Shown piece by piece: positions 20,101-31,278 of a stretch of 64,000 bases of DNA (position 1 is the first letter of the stretch; each line of letters begins with the position of its first letter). The stretch is taken from positions 96,001 through 160,000 of the forward strand of contig NZ_CP186926.1 in assembly GCF_049554935.1 (NCBI RefSeq), written 5' to 3'. Position numbers and translations under genes: made by a program. The notes below the pieces were generated by a model. That model did no database searches. It was given only the letters and a program-made list of their open reading frames with translations, and was not told the origin of the DNA. The stretch comes from Methanocaldococcus indicus (GTDB lineage: Archaea; AGJL01; Methanococci; Methanococcales; Methanocaldococcaceae).

Positions 20101-21109
20101 TATTTTCCCTCTTCAATCTATTTTTTAATTTGTAGCATAAGTAATCCAAAGGATGATAACATTTCTTACATAATTCATCTGGCTTACAGTATATGTTTAA
20201 ATCTTTATTTTTCCAATTTTTACAGTACTCACAGTGAGTAAATCTTTGATGTCCTACTTTATAGCCAATATTATGCATTATATAGTATCTTGTCTTTTTT
20301 TCATCAAAATCCTCAACATTTTTAAATAGTTCAACAACTTCATCAATAAACTTCTCTATCTCTTCCTCATTATTTACAATATCTAAAGCAGACAATTCAA
20401 CTAATTTTCCTCCCTCTTTTGGTCTTAATGTAGGTTTAAACTTAGCAGCAAATAGATAAACTACTAAACTTCTTCTTGCAGAATGAGGAGGAGAACCACC
20501 TGAAAGAATATCATTTAATATCCCTCTAATACATGGAGGATGCCAATCAAAGGGAATCTCTCCTTTATAGGAAATATCTCCAAAATTTATACTTCTGTAT
20601 TTAAACTTAATTTTGTTTTTTAAATATTCTAAAATGTCATTGTAGAATTTTTTTATAGTATCATCATCAGGTAGTTCTTTTTTCTTAGCTTTTTCACATA
20701 GCTCTAAAACTTTAACTCTAACTAACTCTTTTTTGTATATTTCTTTAATCTCTCTAATATCTACATATCCATTAACTAAATCTAACCTCTCTAAATGCAA
20801 GTCATTGTTTTTTGACTTACTTCCAATTTTTATAAATTCAAAGATATTAATTTTATTATTTACATCTATCTCCTCTGATTTTATTTCAGCATATCTTTTA
20901 ACAAACTCATTGTAGTATGGTGTATGAGAAATAAATACAATTAAAAGTTTATCAACAATATCATCAAGATTCTTTTTATCAACTCCTAAAATTAGAGAGT
21001 AGTTTATCAAATCAGATTTATAATCATTATATTCCCCAAAAATATACTTTAATTTAGATAATGCTAAGTTACCAATATTTTTTACTAATTTATTTAATTC
21101 CAACTCCAT
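20081..21109 (-). CDS. priL: DNA primase large subunit
   Basis: HPPCI…H-SAR…[12 protein letters not shown]…CEYC Fe-S domain pattern. Confidence 0.8.
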   Translation of the reverse strand: MELELNKLVKNIGNLALSKLKYIFGEYNDYKSDLINYSLILGVDKKNLDDIVDKLLIVFISHTPYYNEFVKRYAEIKSEEIDVNNKINIFEFIKIGSKSKNNDLHLERLDLVNGYVDIREIKEIYKKELVRVKVLELCEKAKKKELPDDDTIKKFYNDILEYLKNKIKFKYRSINFGDISYKGEIPFDWHPPCIRGILNDILSGGSPPHSARRSLVVYLFAAKFKPTLRPKEGGKLVELSALDIVNNEEEIEKFIDEVVELFKNVEDFDEKKTRYYIMHNIGYKVGHQRFTHCEYCKNWKNKDLNIYCKPDELCKKCYHPLDYLCYKLKNRLKRENNANSKS

Positions 21110-22074
21110 TTTTTATCCTCAACAATTTTTAAATGAGGATAAGCTAACTCAACATCACTCTCTTTTTTAACTTTTTCTAATACTTTCCTTTGTATCTCAC
21201 TTCTAACTCTTGCTCTATCATTAATATGAGTTAGATAAAAAACTTTAATATAAAAGGATGTTCTTGTTATTCCTACTCTTGTATATGGCTTATCTACAAG
21301 CTTTCTTCTTGTTAGATACTTCCTTTTGCTCCATATTGAATAGAGTTCTTTCATTAATTTACCAACAACTTCATTAGCAGATGAAAAGACAATATTCTCA
21401 GCTTTTTTAATATTACTGTTAAATGTGAAATTTATAACTAAGTTATCCCAAATATATGGAGTTCCTTTTGTTAGGTTTTCTATTGTATTAGTAAAAATAA
21501 GTGAATTTGGAACTATTAAAACTCTTCCTGTAGGTTCAAAGTTTTCAGTGAGCTCACTTAAATATATGTGTTGTGTATCAATATCAAAAACATCTCCTAT
21601 TCCTGCATTTTTTACAATTATTCTATCTCCTATCTTTATAGTTCTTGTATATAACATAACTAACCATCCAGCAACATTCAAAATAGGTCTTTGCAGAGCA
21701 TAAGTAACAGCTGCCCCTATTAATCCAATTGAAACTACTAAGGATGATAAATTTTGATAAAACACACCAAAAATTGATAAAATAATAATTAAGTATATTG
21801 TATATTTAGAAATATAGCTCATAGAAATATATTTTTCAGCATTTTTCTCATCTTTTTCAGCTTGCTTCTTAAGAATATCAGTTATTACATCTACAACAAT
21901 TAAACCTGATAAAACAATAGCCACAATTGTTAAGATTTGTGTTTTATATTTTAATAGGTATGATATTATAAATATATGGATATTGAATAATGTTTTAGAC
22001 ATTAAAGATAAAATAACTAATAATAATGCTATCTTTACAGCTAATTTTAATTTTTCTTTTTCCATATTAATCAA
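21094..22074 (-). CDS. Small-conductance mechanosensitive channel (MscS family)
   Basis: [28 protein letters not shown] motifs. Confidence 0.88.
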   Translation of the reverse strand: MINMEKEKLKLAVKIALLLVILSLMSKTLFNIHIFIISYLLKYKTQILTIVAIVLSGLIVVDVITDILKKQAEKDEKNAEKYISMSYISKYTIYLIIILSIFGVFYQNLSSLVVSIGLIGAAVTYALQRPILNVAGWLVMLYTRTIKIGDRIIVKNAGIGDVFDIDTQHIYLSELTENFEPTGRVLIVPNSLIFTNTIENLTKGTPYIWDNLVINFTFNSNIKKAENIVFSSANEVVGKLMKELYSIWSKRKYLTRRKLVDKPYTRVGITRTSFYIKVFYLTHINDRARVRSEIQRKVLEKVKKESDVELAYPHLKIVEDKKWSWN

Positions 22075-22122
22075 TATAAGATTAGTATATATAAATATTA
22101 TAAAACAATACTAAAATATATT

Positions 22123-22416
22123 TTAATGTCTATCTTGAGGTGTTTTTACTTCCTCTATTATTCTTTTTCCAGCAACTACTTCATCAATACTATGAATAGT
22201 TCCTCCTAACTCTTCAACAATTTCCTGAATTTTATCAAAATCTAAGTTGTTTCCTTCTATTGTAACTTTAACATTTTCTGTCTCTTTGTCTATCTCATAT
22301 ACAGTTATATTTACTCCATCAACATTTTTTAGAGCTGTAAATCTTAAAGCCATTTCTGTTATTTTTGGTTCATGTGGTTTTAGAATATCTAAAACCATTC
22401 TTCTAATCCCTGTCAT
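22123..22416 (-). CDS. DUF211 family protein
   Basis: RRMVLDILKPHEP…GGTIHSIDEVVAG. Confidence 0.85.
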   Translation of the reverse strand: MTGIRRMVLDILKPHEPKITEMALRFTALKNVDGVNITVYEIDKETENVKVTIEGNNLDFDKIQEIVEELGGTIHSIDEVVAGKRIIEEVKTPQDRH

Positions 22417-23513
22417 GGTTTCACTTCCTTTAAAACTTCTATAAATTTATCTATATGCTCTTTCTCAATATGAGGCATTATAACTAATCTTAGAGCATTT
22501 GCATTCTTACATACTGATACAAAATAATTTTTTTCTTTTAATTTTTCACATGTTTCTAAATAGTTTTCATCTTCTATATTAACAATATTTAAAGTAGGTT
22601 TCATTAATGGTTTATATCCATTTTCTTTCAACTTCTTATATAGATAGATACTATTTTTTAAGCATTTTTTAACATTTTTTTCAATTTCATCAAAAAAGTA
22701 TTTTAATATTGTATATAAACATGCAGCTCCATAACCTGGTCTTGTGCCTAATATTGTTGTTTGTTTTTTCTCTATTAAATAAAAAGCATCAGTTTCTAAA
22801 AATTTGCTATATTCTTCTGATTTAAATAAGATTCCCCCACATGGAATAGGAGTTAAAGCCATCTTATGCCCATCTATTGTAATAGAATCTATATTTAAAG
22901 AAAAATCAAATTCTATCTTTTTATCCAAGAATGGAATTACAAAACCTCCAAAAGCAGCATCTACATGAATATATATGTTATTATCTTTTGCTATTTTTGT
23001 TAGTTCTTTAATATTATCAATAGTTCCAAACTCAGTTGTTCCAGCAATTCCAATTATTGCATCTACTTTATTATCTTCTACATACTCCTTAACATATTTA
23101 GTATCAACAGTATAATCTCTATTTAATGAAGCATAAATCAAATTTAAGTCCATCATCTCTTTACCTTTTTCAAAAGAAAAATGTGCAGTTTTAGGGAGTA
23201 TTATGTTCCTACCTTTCATCTTCTTTATAACTCTTAAAGCTGTTAAATTTGCTTCTGTTCCACCACTTACTATATTCCCAAAAGCTTCTCTATTATTTAA
23301 AAATTCCCCTAAAAGTTTTATTGTCTCTTTTTCCAATTGTGCAGTCCCTTTAAATAAACCTGAGTCTCCCAAGTTTGTTTCTAAAAAAAGATTTACAATT
23401 TTTTTAGTTATTGGAAGTGGTTTTGAACACATAGAACAAAATATATTCCCATCTTCATATTTTGCATCTAACTCTCTAAATCTATTTAAATCTTTAAAGA
23501 TTTCCTCATACAT
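22413..23513 (-). CDS. mfnA: L-tyrosine/L-aspartate decarboxylase (PLP)
   Basis: SGGTEAN, HVDAAFGG, HKM, GTRPG motifs. Confidence 0.88.
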   Translation of the reverse strand: MYEEIFKDLNRFRELDAKYEDGNIFCSMCSKPLPITKKIVNLFLETNLGDSGLFKGTAQLEKETIKLLGEFLNNREAFGNIVSGGTEANLTALRVIKKMKGRNIILPKTAHFSFEKGKEMMDLNLIYASLNRDYTVDTKYVKEYVEDNKVDAIIGIAGTTEFGTIDNIKELTKIAKDNNIYIHVDAAFGGFVIPFLDKKIEFDFSLNIDSITIDGHKMALTPIPCGGILFKSEEYSKFLETDAFYLIEKKQTTILGTRPGYGAACLYTILKYFFDEIEKNVKKCLKNSIYLYKKLKENGYKPLMKPTLNIVNIEDENYLETCEKLKEKNYFVSVCKNANALRLVIMPHIEKEHIDKFIEVLKEVKP

Positions 23514-24691
23514 TATTTCTTACCTTTTTTCTTCTTATCTTTCTTTTTTTTCTTAAATTTCTTTTTAATCTTTTTACTTTCTTTTTTCTTTTTCTTTTTT
23601 GGTGGTTTAGGATACTTTCTTTTAATCTCCTCTACTCTTTTCATTAGTTTTTCATACAACTCATCAGCAATATAGTCCTTATCAAAATCTGCTCTTGCTG
23701 CAATAGCCAACTTACATGCTAATGCTCTTGCAATCTTTCCTCTTTGCCATTTTGGAGAGTTGTAAATTAAAGGATGATTGTAGATAACTCCATGCTTTGG
23801 TGAAGGTGTTCCTTTCCTAAGATGTGCAAATAATGCCTTCTCTGCCCCTAAAACTTGTATTGTTGATGCTGGCATCTTTGAAAGCTTTTCTAATCCTCCA
23901 GCTAAACAAATTAGTTTTGCCCCTAATGTTGTTCCAGCCAATTTTTTTAAGTTAGGTGCTTCTTCACTCATTAATTTATCTAAATAGTTGTATAGTTCTT
24001 TTCTTATTTGATAGAGATGTGCTATATCTTTTGAAAAGTTGGAGACAACGTCTAAATCATAACTTTCAAATTCAGCTCCCATTGATTCCTTAGCAGATTT
24101 TTCTACTTTCTTAGCCAACTTTTCTGGAATATAGTTCTTTAATATTTCTTTATCAAAGTTCTTCCTTTCTTTAAGTTCTGAAACAAGTTTAACATATACA
24201 TCATGGTTCTCTACTAAATCATCCAACTCAGGGAAATATAAGGAATACCACTCTCTCAATCTTTCAGATAAGAGATTTAAAACTTTATCTAAATCAGATA
24301 TTGCCTCAGAAACTTGAATAATTATTTTGTCTCTTCTTTCAGAATATATTTTTATTAACTTCTTAGTTAGTTCTAAGTTCCAATTGTGCATTTTACTTTT
24401 AAAGTCATCATAATCTTTGAAATATCCTAACTCCTTTCCAATATTAAAGAGATTATCTCTTAAAAATATCCCTATATTAAATGGCTCACTACTCAAAATT
24501 TCTAATTTAACATCTCCCCACTCATTTCTTAATTCTTCTAAAATTTTTAATGGATTTGTTCTTATTTTTAGTAAATAATCAACTATCTCATCTTTTTTAA
24601 TTAACTTTTTAAATTTTATATCTTCAAAATTTTTTATTTTGTCATCTTCAACTCCAAATATTCCAAAAGGTGCAAAAGCTACATAAATCAT
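23513..24691 (-). CDS. nop5: Box C/D sRNP protein Nop5 (Nop56/58)
   Basis: REWYSLYFPEL, PASTIQVLGAEKALF, PKHG motifs; Lys-rich tail. Confidence 0.95.
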   Translation of the reverse strand: MIYVAFAPFGIFGVEDDKIKNFEDIKFKKLIKKDEIVDYLLKIRTNPLKILEELRNEWGDVKLEILSSEPFNIGIFLRDNLFNIGKELGYFKDYDDFKSKMHNWNLELTKKLIKIYSERRDKIIIQVSEAISDLDKVLNLLSERLREWYSLYFPELDDLVENHDVYVKLVSELKERKNFDKEILKNYIPEKLAKKVEKSAKESMGAEFESYDLDVVSNFSKDIAHLYQIRKELYNYLDKLMSEEAPNLKKLAGTTLGAKLICLAGGLEKLSKMPASTIQVLGAEKALFAHLRKGTPSPKHGVIYNHPLIYNSPKWQRGKIARALACKLAIAARADFDKDYIADELYEKLMKRVEEIKRKYPKPPKKKKKKESKKIKKKFKKKKKDKKKKGKK

Positions 24692-24724
24692 AATTAAACA
24701 CCAAAAAAAGTTTTTATAAAAAAA

Positions 24725-26059
24725 TTATCCCCTTAATTTCTTCATTGTTTCAATTCTTTTCTTAATTAACTCTAACTTACCTATATCTCTCCTATGATAA
24801 ACCTCTCCATTAATAAACTTAGTAGCTTCTTCAGCTATTCTTTCAGCTTCTTCTATACTATCTGCTACACCTACAACTGCAACTGCTCTTGAACCTGTCA
24901 TTATTAATTTTCCATTCTCTTCATTGACAGCAGCATAATGAAGAATAGCTCCAACTTCTTTTATTTTCTCTTCATCTACATAAATCTCTCTTCCTCTCAC
25001 TGGATTTGTAGGATATCCTCTTGGGACTACATACTTACATACAGTAGCTTTATGTTCAAATTCAACATCTACATTATTAAGGTTTTTATTTACTATTCCC
25101 TTACAAACATCTAAAAAGTTTGTTTTTAGAATAGCTAAGATGTTCATTGCTTCAGGGTCTCCAAATCTTGCATTGTACTCTATAATTTTTGGTCCTTCTT
25201 TTGTTAGCATAAACTGTCCATATAAAATTCCTTTATATCCACCAACTTCTTTTTTAAGAGCTTTTACTGTTTCTTCCATAATTTCCATGGCTTCTTTAAC
25301 ATCATTCTCATTTAGGAATGGTAATGAATGATTTGGACAAGAGTATGAGCCCATTCCCCCAGTAATCTCTCCTTTATCTCCTTCATAAGCATGTGGATGG
25401 TCTTGCACAAATGGAGTAAATTTTATATGTTCCTTATCTACAAATCCATGTAAAGTAAATTCTACTCCCACTAACTTTTCTTCAATTAAAACTTTTCCTC
25501 CACCTAAACCTGTCTCAAAAATTTCCTTTGCATATTTTTTAGCTTCTTCATTATCTTTTAGTTGTTCTCCAACAACTTTAACTCCTTTTCCCCCAGTTAA
25601 TCCAACAGGTTTAACAACAACATCAATACCTTTCTCAGTTAGCTCATCTATAAAACTCTCTAACTCTTCTGAATATTCATCAAAGAACTTATATCTTAAA
25701 GAACCTTTTATATTATACTTTTCAAATAAATTCCTCATAAAGAATTTATCTGTCTCAATTTTAGCAGCTTCTTTGCTTGGTCCAACAGTTGGAATTCCTA
25801 AACTTTCTAATAAATCTACAACTCCTTTCTCTAATGGAGCCTCTGGTCCTACAACAGCCAAGTCAGGATTTACTTTTTTAGCAAACTCTTCCACTTTTTC
25901 TAAATCTGTCTCATTAGCTAAACATATATCCTCTGATAATTTAGCAATTCCAGGATTTTTGTTTTTCATTAAGGTATATAACTTTACATCTTCACTCTTT
26001 TTTAAAGCATGAGCTATTGCACTTTCTCTTCCTCCTCCACCAATTAACAATATTTTCAT
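24725..26059 (-). CDS. purD: Phosphoribosylamine-glycine ligase
   Basis: [28 protein letters not shown] motifs. Confidence 0.96.
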   Translation of the reverse strand: MKILLIGGGGRESAIAHALKKSEDVKLYTLMKNKNPGIAKLSEDICLANETDLEKVEEFAKKVNPDLAVVGPEAPLEKGVVDLLESLGIPTVGPSKEAAKIETDKFFMRNLFEKYNIKGSLRYKFFDEYSEELESFIDELTEKGIDVVVKPVGLTGGKGVKVVGEQLKDNEEAKKYAKEIFETGLGGGKVLIEEKLVGVEFTLHGFVDKEHIKFTPFVQDHPHAYEGDKGEITGGMGSYSCPNHSLPFLNENDVKEAMEIMEETVKALKKEVGGYKGILYGQFMLTKEGPKIIEYNARFGDPEAMNILAILKTNFLDVCKGIVNKNLNNVDVEFEHKATVCKYVVPRGYPTNPVRGREIYVDEEKIKEVGAILHYAAVNEENGKLIMTGSRAVAVVGVADSIEEAERIAEEATKFINGEVYHRRDIGKLELIKKRIETMKKLRG

Positions 26060-26574
26060 TCTTCTTCACCTAATCTATATTCTTTATACTCTTTACTTTT
26101 TGTATCTAAAATACCTATAGTAGCTTCTCCAGTAAGATAACCACAACATTCTCCTGGATTTATAACTAATGTATTATTTATACTTTCAAAAACCTTTTTA
26201 TGTGTGTGCCCATAAACAACAATATCATATAAACCAGAGTTTATAGCTGTATCTAAAACAGTGTTATAATGTCCATGTGTTATAAAAAACTTTAAATCAT
26301 CTATCTCAACAGCTAAAAATTCATCTATTTCATTATCTTTATTTATGTCCTTTAACCACTCTCTAAGTTTTGCTTTTTCTCCATCATTATTTCCATAAAC
26401 AGCTAATATAGGACATCCTAATTCTTTAAATTCTTTAACAACAAAGAGAGAAACAAAATCCCCACAATGAATAACTAACTCAACATCCTCAGAGTTAAAA
26501 ATATTTATTGCTTCTCTAATCAATGGAAGATTATCATGTGTATCTGAAAATATTCCTATTTTCATAGCTCTCAC
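26056..26574 (-). CDS. YfcE/MJ0936-type metallophosphoesterase
   Basis: SDTHDN, HCGD, GNND, THG, GHTH, NPG motifs. Confidence 0.9.
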   Translation of the reverse strand: MRAMKIGIFSDTHDNLPLIREAINIFNSEDVELVIHCGDFVSLFVVKEFKELGCPILAVYGNNDGEKAKLREWLKDINKDNEIDEFLAVEIDDLKFFITHGHYNTVLDTAINSGLYDIVVYGHTHKKVFESINNTLVINPGECCGYLTGEATIGILDTKSKEYKEYRLGEEE

Positions 26575-26639
26575 CTCCTAAAATATAATATTAATAATTT
26601 TTATTTATAGACTTTCTTCATAATTAAGTTTTTAAAATA

Positions 26640-27038
26640 ATTATTTATAGTTCTATATATTTGGATGATAATTACACGCTAAAAATCTTTATTTTTTAAT
26701 TTTATTAAGTTTTATTTGTTTATTTTTAATTTAGAGGATTTTTAGGAAAATTCAAAGGGGTCTATATTTTTGAATATTTTATATATTTTGATTATATAAT
26801 TTATTGAGATTTTTTAGTGTTTTATGTTATTTCTTTTAATATTTGAAAAATCCTTGATAAATTGGTCTAATTTTTAGATATAAAAAATTTTTAATTGAAA
26901 AATATGGAATAGAAAGATTTTTACAAAAGTTCAAAGGTATATAAATAAATAGGGAAACCTACCCTTCGAAAATTTTTATGTAGAAAAGCTTATATATGAG
27001 AAGGTCGTTAATGTTATTATGTCTAAAATGTGCCTCCT
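26640..27038 (+). promoter_or_regulatory. AT-rich CRISPR leader with BRE/TATA-like element; 5' boundary approximate
   Basis: About 400 bp with no ORF directly before repeat 1; GAAAAGCTTATATAT at 26983-26997. Confidence 0.7.
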
Positions 27039-27135
27039 GTTAAAATCGAGCCTCTTGGAGGATGGAAGTAGGAAAGTTGATTGTGAGCAAGTATTGAAAA
27101 AGTTGTTAAAATCGAGCCTCTTGGAGGATGGAAAT
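27039..27135 (+). CRISPR. Orphan CRISPR mini-array: two 31-nt repeats, one 35-nt spacer
   Basis: GTTAAAATCGAGCCTCTTGGAGGATGGAA(G/A)T at 27039-27069 and 27105-27135; CCTC-TTG-GAGG hairpin plus 8-nt 3' handle; resembles the Methanocaldococcus repeat family. Confidence 0.88.
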
Positions 27136-27204
27136 AAATAAAAATATTTTTAACGTAATATTACTATATGCAAATAAATAAATATAAAAAACTAAAAAAA
27201 TTAA

Positions 27205-28377
27205 TTATTTGACTCTTCTAAATAAAACATCTTGTAATCCAAAGTACTTAACTATCCCAGCTAATTCTTGTTGATTTATTTCCTTATCATCAAAAGAAAC
27301 CATTTCCTGCCTATACAATGAATATGGACTATCTCTTGCAATTACTCTTAAACTACCACCAAATAATTTTAACATAACTGTTCCAGTAACTCTTTCTTGT
27401 GTCTTATCTATAAAAGCATCTAAATCCTCTTTTAAAGCTCCAAACCACAAACCTTTATATATCAAATCTGCATAAACCTCCTCTACTATTTGCTTAAACA
27501 TTAGTTCATCCTTTGTTAGGACTAACTGTTCCAAAGCTTTATGTGCCTCTATCAATAAAATAGCTCCTGGACATTCATAGTTTTCTCTTGATTTTAGCCC
27601 AATAATTCTATCTTCTATAATATCTATTCTACCTATTCCATGTTTTCCAGCTATCTCATTTGCTCTCTTTATTAATTCAACATAATCTAACTCTTCTCCA
27701 TTTATTTTTATAGGAATCCCTTCTTTAAATTCTATCTCTACTATTTCCTCCTCTTTATCCTCAGTTGGATTTTTTGTCCATGCATATATCTCTTCTGGAG
27801 GAATATAGTTAGGATTCTCTAACTCTCCTCCTTCTATACTTCTACCCCATAAGTTCTCATCAATACTATACTTCTTACTCTCTGTTGGAATTGGAATTCC
27901 TTTCTTTTTTGCATACTCTATTTCTTCCTGTCTTGTTAAGTTTAATTCTCTAATTGGTGCAATAATTTTTACATTTGGATGAAGCATTCTTATGGTTGTT
28001 TCAAATCTAAACTGGTCATTTCCTTTTCCAGTACATCCATGAGCAATTGCCTCAGCTCCTTCTTTTTTAGCTATTTCAACAACCTTCTTAGCTATTAATG
28101 GCCTTGCCAATGCTGTTGAGAGTGGATAACCTTCATATAGGGCATTTGCTTTTATAGCCCTAAATATATAATCCTTAACAAACTCTTCCTTTGCATCTAT
28201 TGTATAGTGTTTAAGAACTCCTAAATTCTTAGCTTTCTCTTCAACCTCTTTTAACTCTTCCTCAGGTAATCCTACATCTACACAGACAGATATAACTTTA
28301 TAGCCCATGTCCTCTAACAATTTTAAACAGCAACTTGTATCTAACCCTCCTGAATATGCCAATACTGCTTTTTTCAT
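27205..28377 (-). CDS. argG: Argininosuccinate synthase
   Basis: [29 protein letters not shown] motifs. Confidence 0.97.
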   Translation of the reverse strand: MKKAVLAYSGGLDTSCCLKLLEDMGYKVISVCVDVGLPEEELKEVEEKAKNLGVLKHYTIDAKEEFVKDYIFRAIKANALYEGYPLSTALARPLIAKKVVEIAKKEGAEAIAHGCTGKGNDQFRFETTIRMLHPNVKIIAPIRELNLTRQEEIEYAKKKGIPIPTESKKYSIDENLWGRSIEGGELENPNYIPPEEIYAWTKNPTEDKEEEIVEIEFKEGIPIKINGEELDYVELIKRANEIAGKHGIGRIDIIEDRIIGLKSRENYECPGAILLIEAHKALEQLVLTKDELMFKQIVEEVYADLIYKGLWFGALKEDLDAFIDKTQERVTGTVMLKLFGGSLRVIARDSPYSLYRQEMVSFDDKEINQQELAGIVKYFGLQDVLFRRVK

Positions 28378-29957
28378 TTAATATCCCTCCAAAAATCATT
28401 GTAAAATAAATCAAAGTCCTGTTTATACATCTTACCTATCTTTAATGCAATCTCAGCCTTTCCTAACTCCCTCCCTAAATATGCTGAATGTTCTAAACTC
28501 TCAACTAATTTTAATCTTATTATTGTGTCATATATTTCTTTGGCTTTCTTTCCTCTAATAATTAATTTTGGCTTTCTTCTTTCAAAATATATAGCCACAA
28601 TTTCTTTATTTTCTCTATCTATCTCAATCTTAAAACTACCTCTATCTAACTTTAAAGATTTGTTTTCCTCTGCTCTTATAGTAGGAAGATGATAACTTTT
28701 AAATGAACATTCTTCTATAAACCTTTTGTCCTTATATAAAATTAAGTTGTATCCAATATCTTTTGGTAGTGATTTCCTTTTCTTTGCTAAAAACATCATC
28801 TTAGAGGCCGTCTTTAACTCTCTTATTGAATATTTACACTTTGATGATGCCTCAGGAGTAAATAATATATTTGCATTAATCTCCATTGCTATTGCAGTTA
28901 ATAAACCATTAACTCCATGGCTATCTGCATCAAACAACTCACTTACATTCCCAACTCCAAAAAATGTAGGTATGTTGTTTCTCTCTTTGAATAACTTGTA
29001 TGCTATCACACTATCAATAAATTTAAATTCATTGTTTATAGGTTCTAAAATTAAATCAGCTATAACTTTATCAACATCATTGTATAGAAGATAATTTATA
29101 AATTCTTCCATTTTTGAAACTCTTTCCTCTACTGTATTTGGAACATAATTAATATTATAATTTGTTGGCAAAGCCACAACAGCTGTATCAGAATCTTTCA
29201 AATCATTTAATAAATAATCAATATTTCCCATATCAACACTTAATATTAAATCTGCTTCACCAATAGCTTCTTTTAGTTCATATTTATTTAATGTATCTAT
29301 ACTTATTGGTAAGTCAGTTATATCTCTTGCAAATTTTATAAGTTCTTTAACTTTATCTTTATTGTTTTCTCCACTAACCATTCCTAAATCAATCATATCA
29401 GCTCCTGACTCTTCATAATATATAATCTTTTTCTCTAAATCTTTTTTTGGTAAATATATAGAGTGTGCTATCTCACCTAAAACTCTCATAGGAAACTTAT
29501 CTCCAATCTTAATCTTACCTATTTTAAATTGTTCTTTTTCTTTCTCCACCTCCAACAACTCTTTTTCTAATTTCTCTAAAATTAGTCTATTTAGTTTTAT
29601 ATCAGCTGGCTCTATTGGTGAAAGTTCAATATTCTTTATATTTTCTAATAAAAGAGGTAAATCAGCTACATCTCTTGTAGATTTATAACATCTTATACCA
29701 GTCTCATTATAAACTTTATCTAAATTTCCCCTAACTAACCCAGTAACTAAAATAAAATCATAAATTTCATTTAATTTTTTATTTTTCTTTCTTTCTAACT
29801 CTTTTATTTCTTTAATAATTAAATTTGGTGTTAAAAAAGCAGCTACTGATATATCTGCTATATGAACATCTACAAAATTAAACTTTTTAGCAACTTCACT
29901 AACTCTTTTCCCTGCTAATTTACCAGTTATTATCAATATTTTCATATCAAACCTCAA
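28374..29957 (-). CDS. Dihydropteroate synthase-related protein with C-terminal DUF4346-like domain
   Basis: [34 protein letters not shown] motifs. Confidence 0.82.
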   Translation of the reverse strand: MRFDMKILIITGKLAGKRVSEVAKKFNFVDVHIADISVAAFLTPNLIIKEIKELERKKNKKLNEIYDFILVTGLVRGNLDKVYNETGIRCYKSTRDVADLPLLLENIKNIELSPIEPADIKLNRLILEKLEKELLEVEKEKEQFKIGKIKIGDKFPMRVLGEIAHSIYLPKKDLEKKIIYYEESGADMIDLGMVSGENNKDKVKELIKFARDITDLPISIDTLNKYELKEAIGEADLILSVDMGNIDYLLNDLKDSDTAVVALPTNYNINYVPNTVEERVSKMEEFINYLLYNDVDKVIADLILEPINNEFKFIDSVIAYKLFKERNNIPTFFGVGNVSELFDADSHGVNGLLTAIAMEINANILFTPEASSKCKYSIRELKTASKMMFLAKKRKSLPKDIGYNLILYKDKRFIEECSFKSYHLPTIRAEENKSLKLDRGSFKIEIDRENKEIVAIYFERRKPKLIIRGKKAKEIYDTIIRLKLVESLEHSAYLGRELGKAEIALKIGKMYKQDFDLFYNDFWRDIK

Positions 29958-29976
29958 AAAATTTATAAATAAAAAT

Positions 29977-31263
29977 TTATAATAAATGAGGAGGAATTAA
30001 ATCCTTAGATATTAAATCTGCATAAGTTTCTCTCTCTCTGATAATATAAACTCCTTTTTTAGATGTTAATATCATTCTTGGTCTTCCTCTTGCATTGTAG
30101 TTGTTTGCCATACTTATTCCATAAGCTCCAACATCAAAAATAATTATTGTATCTCCTACTTCCACTTTATCTAACTCTCTATCTTTTCCAAATATATCAC
30201 TACTCTCACATAACCCTCCTGCTACACTTACAACCTCTTTCTCTCCTTTAACTTTTGCATTTATTATATGATGATATGCTTCATACATTGCTGGCCTTAA
30301 CATATCATTCATTCCTGCATCAACCATAACCCACTTACATGATGTCTCTTTAATATGATGAACCTTAGTTATTAAATAGCCAGCAGTTGCTACTATACTT
30401 CTACCTGGCTCTAAAATTAGGTTAGGAATCTCAACTTTATCTTCAAACTCATATATTGTATTAATAATGGCTTTTGCATAATCTTCAACAGTAGGAATTT
30501 CCTTATCTTTGTAGTATGGAACTCCTAAACCTCCTCCTAAATTTAAATCTCTAACTTCAATTCCTTCATTTTTTAACTCAACAATAAACTCCATCATCTT
30601 TCTTGTTTCTTCAATAAATGGTGATACATCAGTTATTTGGGAGCCAATATGACAGTGTATGCCAACAAAATTAACATTCTCCATTTCCAAAGCCATTTTT
30701 ATAGCTTTCTTAGCTAAATCTAATGGGAGTCCAAATTTACTCTTTTTTAAACCAGTTGAAATCTTAGGATGTGTTTTAGGATTTATATCAGGATTTACTC
30801 TAAAAGCTACATTAGCAACTTTTCCTAACTCCTTAGCAGTTTCATTAATCATAATCAATTCTGAAATAGAATCTACATTAAAAGCCCTTATCTCACTCTC
30901 TACTCCCATAACTATTTCTTCTTTTGTCTTACAATTTCCATTAAAAACTATCTTATCATTATCTACTTTTGATAACTTAGCAATATACAACTCTCCACCA
31001 CTAACAACATCTGCTCCACAACCTAACTTAGTTAATAACCTTGTTATTGCTAAATTAGAATTTGCTTTATATGCATAAGCTAAAATGAAATCCTTTTTAT
31101 AATCTTTAAAAGCTTTGAAATATCTTTCAGCATTTATTTTTATTTGTTCCTCTGACATAACATAAAGAGGAGTTCCAAACTTTTCAGCCAATTCTATAAC
31201 ATTGTAACCATCTATATGAACTACTTTATCTTTAATCTCTAATGTATCATTTCCTAAAAACAT
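29977..31263 (-). CDS. lysA: Diaminopimelate decarboxylase
   Basis: YAYKAN, HIGSQ, EPGR, CESSD motifs. Confidence 0.96.
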   Translation of the reverse strand: MFLGNDTLEIKDKVVHIDGYNVIELAEKFGTPLYVMSEEQIKINAERYFKAFKDYKKDFILAYAYKANSNLAITRLLTKLGCGADVVSGGELYIAKLSKVDNDKIVFNGNCKTKEEIVMGVESEIRAFNVDSISELIMINETAKELGKVANVAFRVNPDINPKTHPKISTGLKKSKFGLPLDLAKKAIKMALEMENVNFVGIHCHIGSQITDVSPFIEETRKMMEFIVELKNEGIEVRDLNLGGGLGVPYYKDKEIPTVEDYAKAIINTIYEFEDKVEIPNLILEPGRSIVATAGYLITKVHHIKETSCKWVMVDAGMNDMLRPAMYEAYHHIINAKVKGEKEVVSVAGGLCESSDIFGKDRELDKVEVGDTIIIFDVGAYGISMANNYNARGRPRMILTSKKGVYIIRERETYADLISKDLIPPHLL

Positions 31264-31278
31264 AATTTCACCTCATAC

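Noticed and set aside
23513-23625. Low-complexity T/C tract
   Set aside because: Encodes the normal Lys-rich tail of Nop5.
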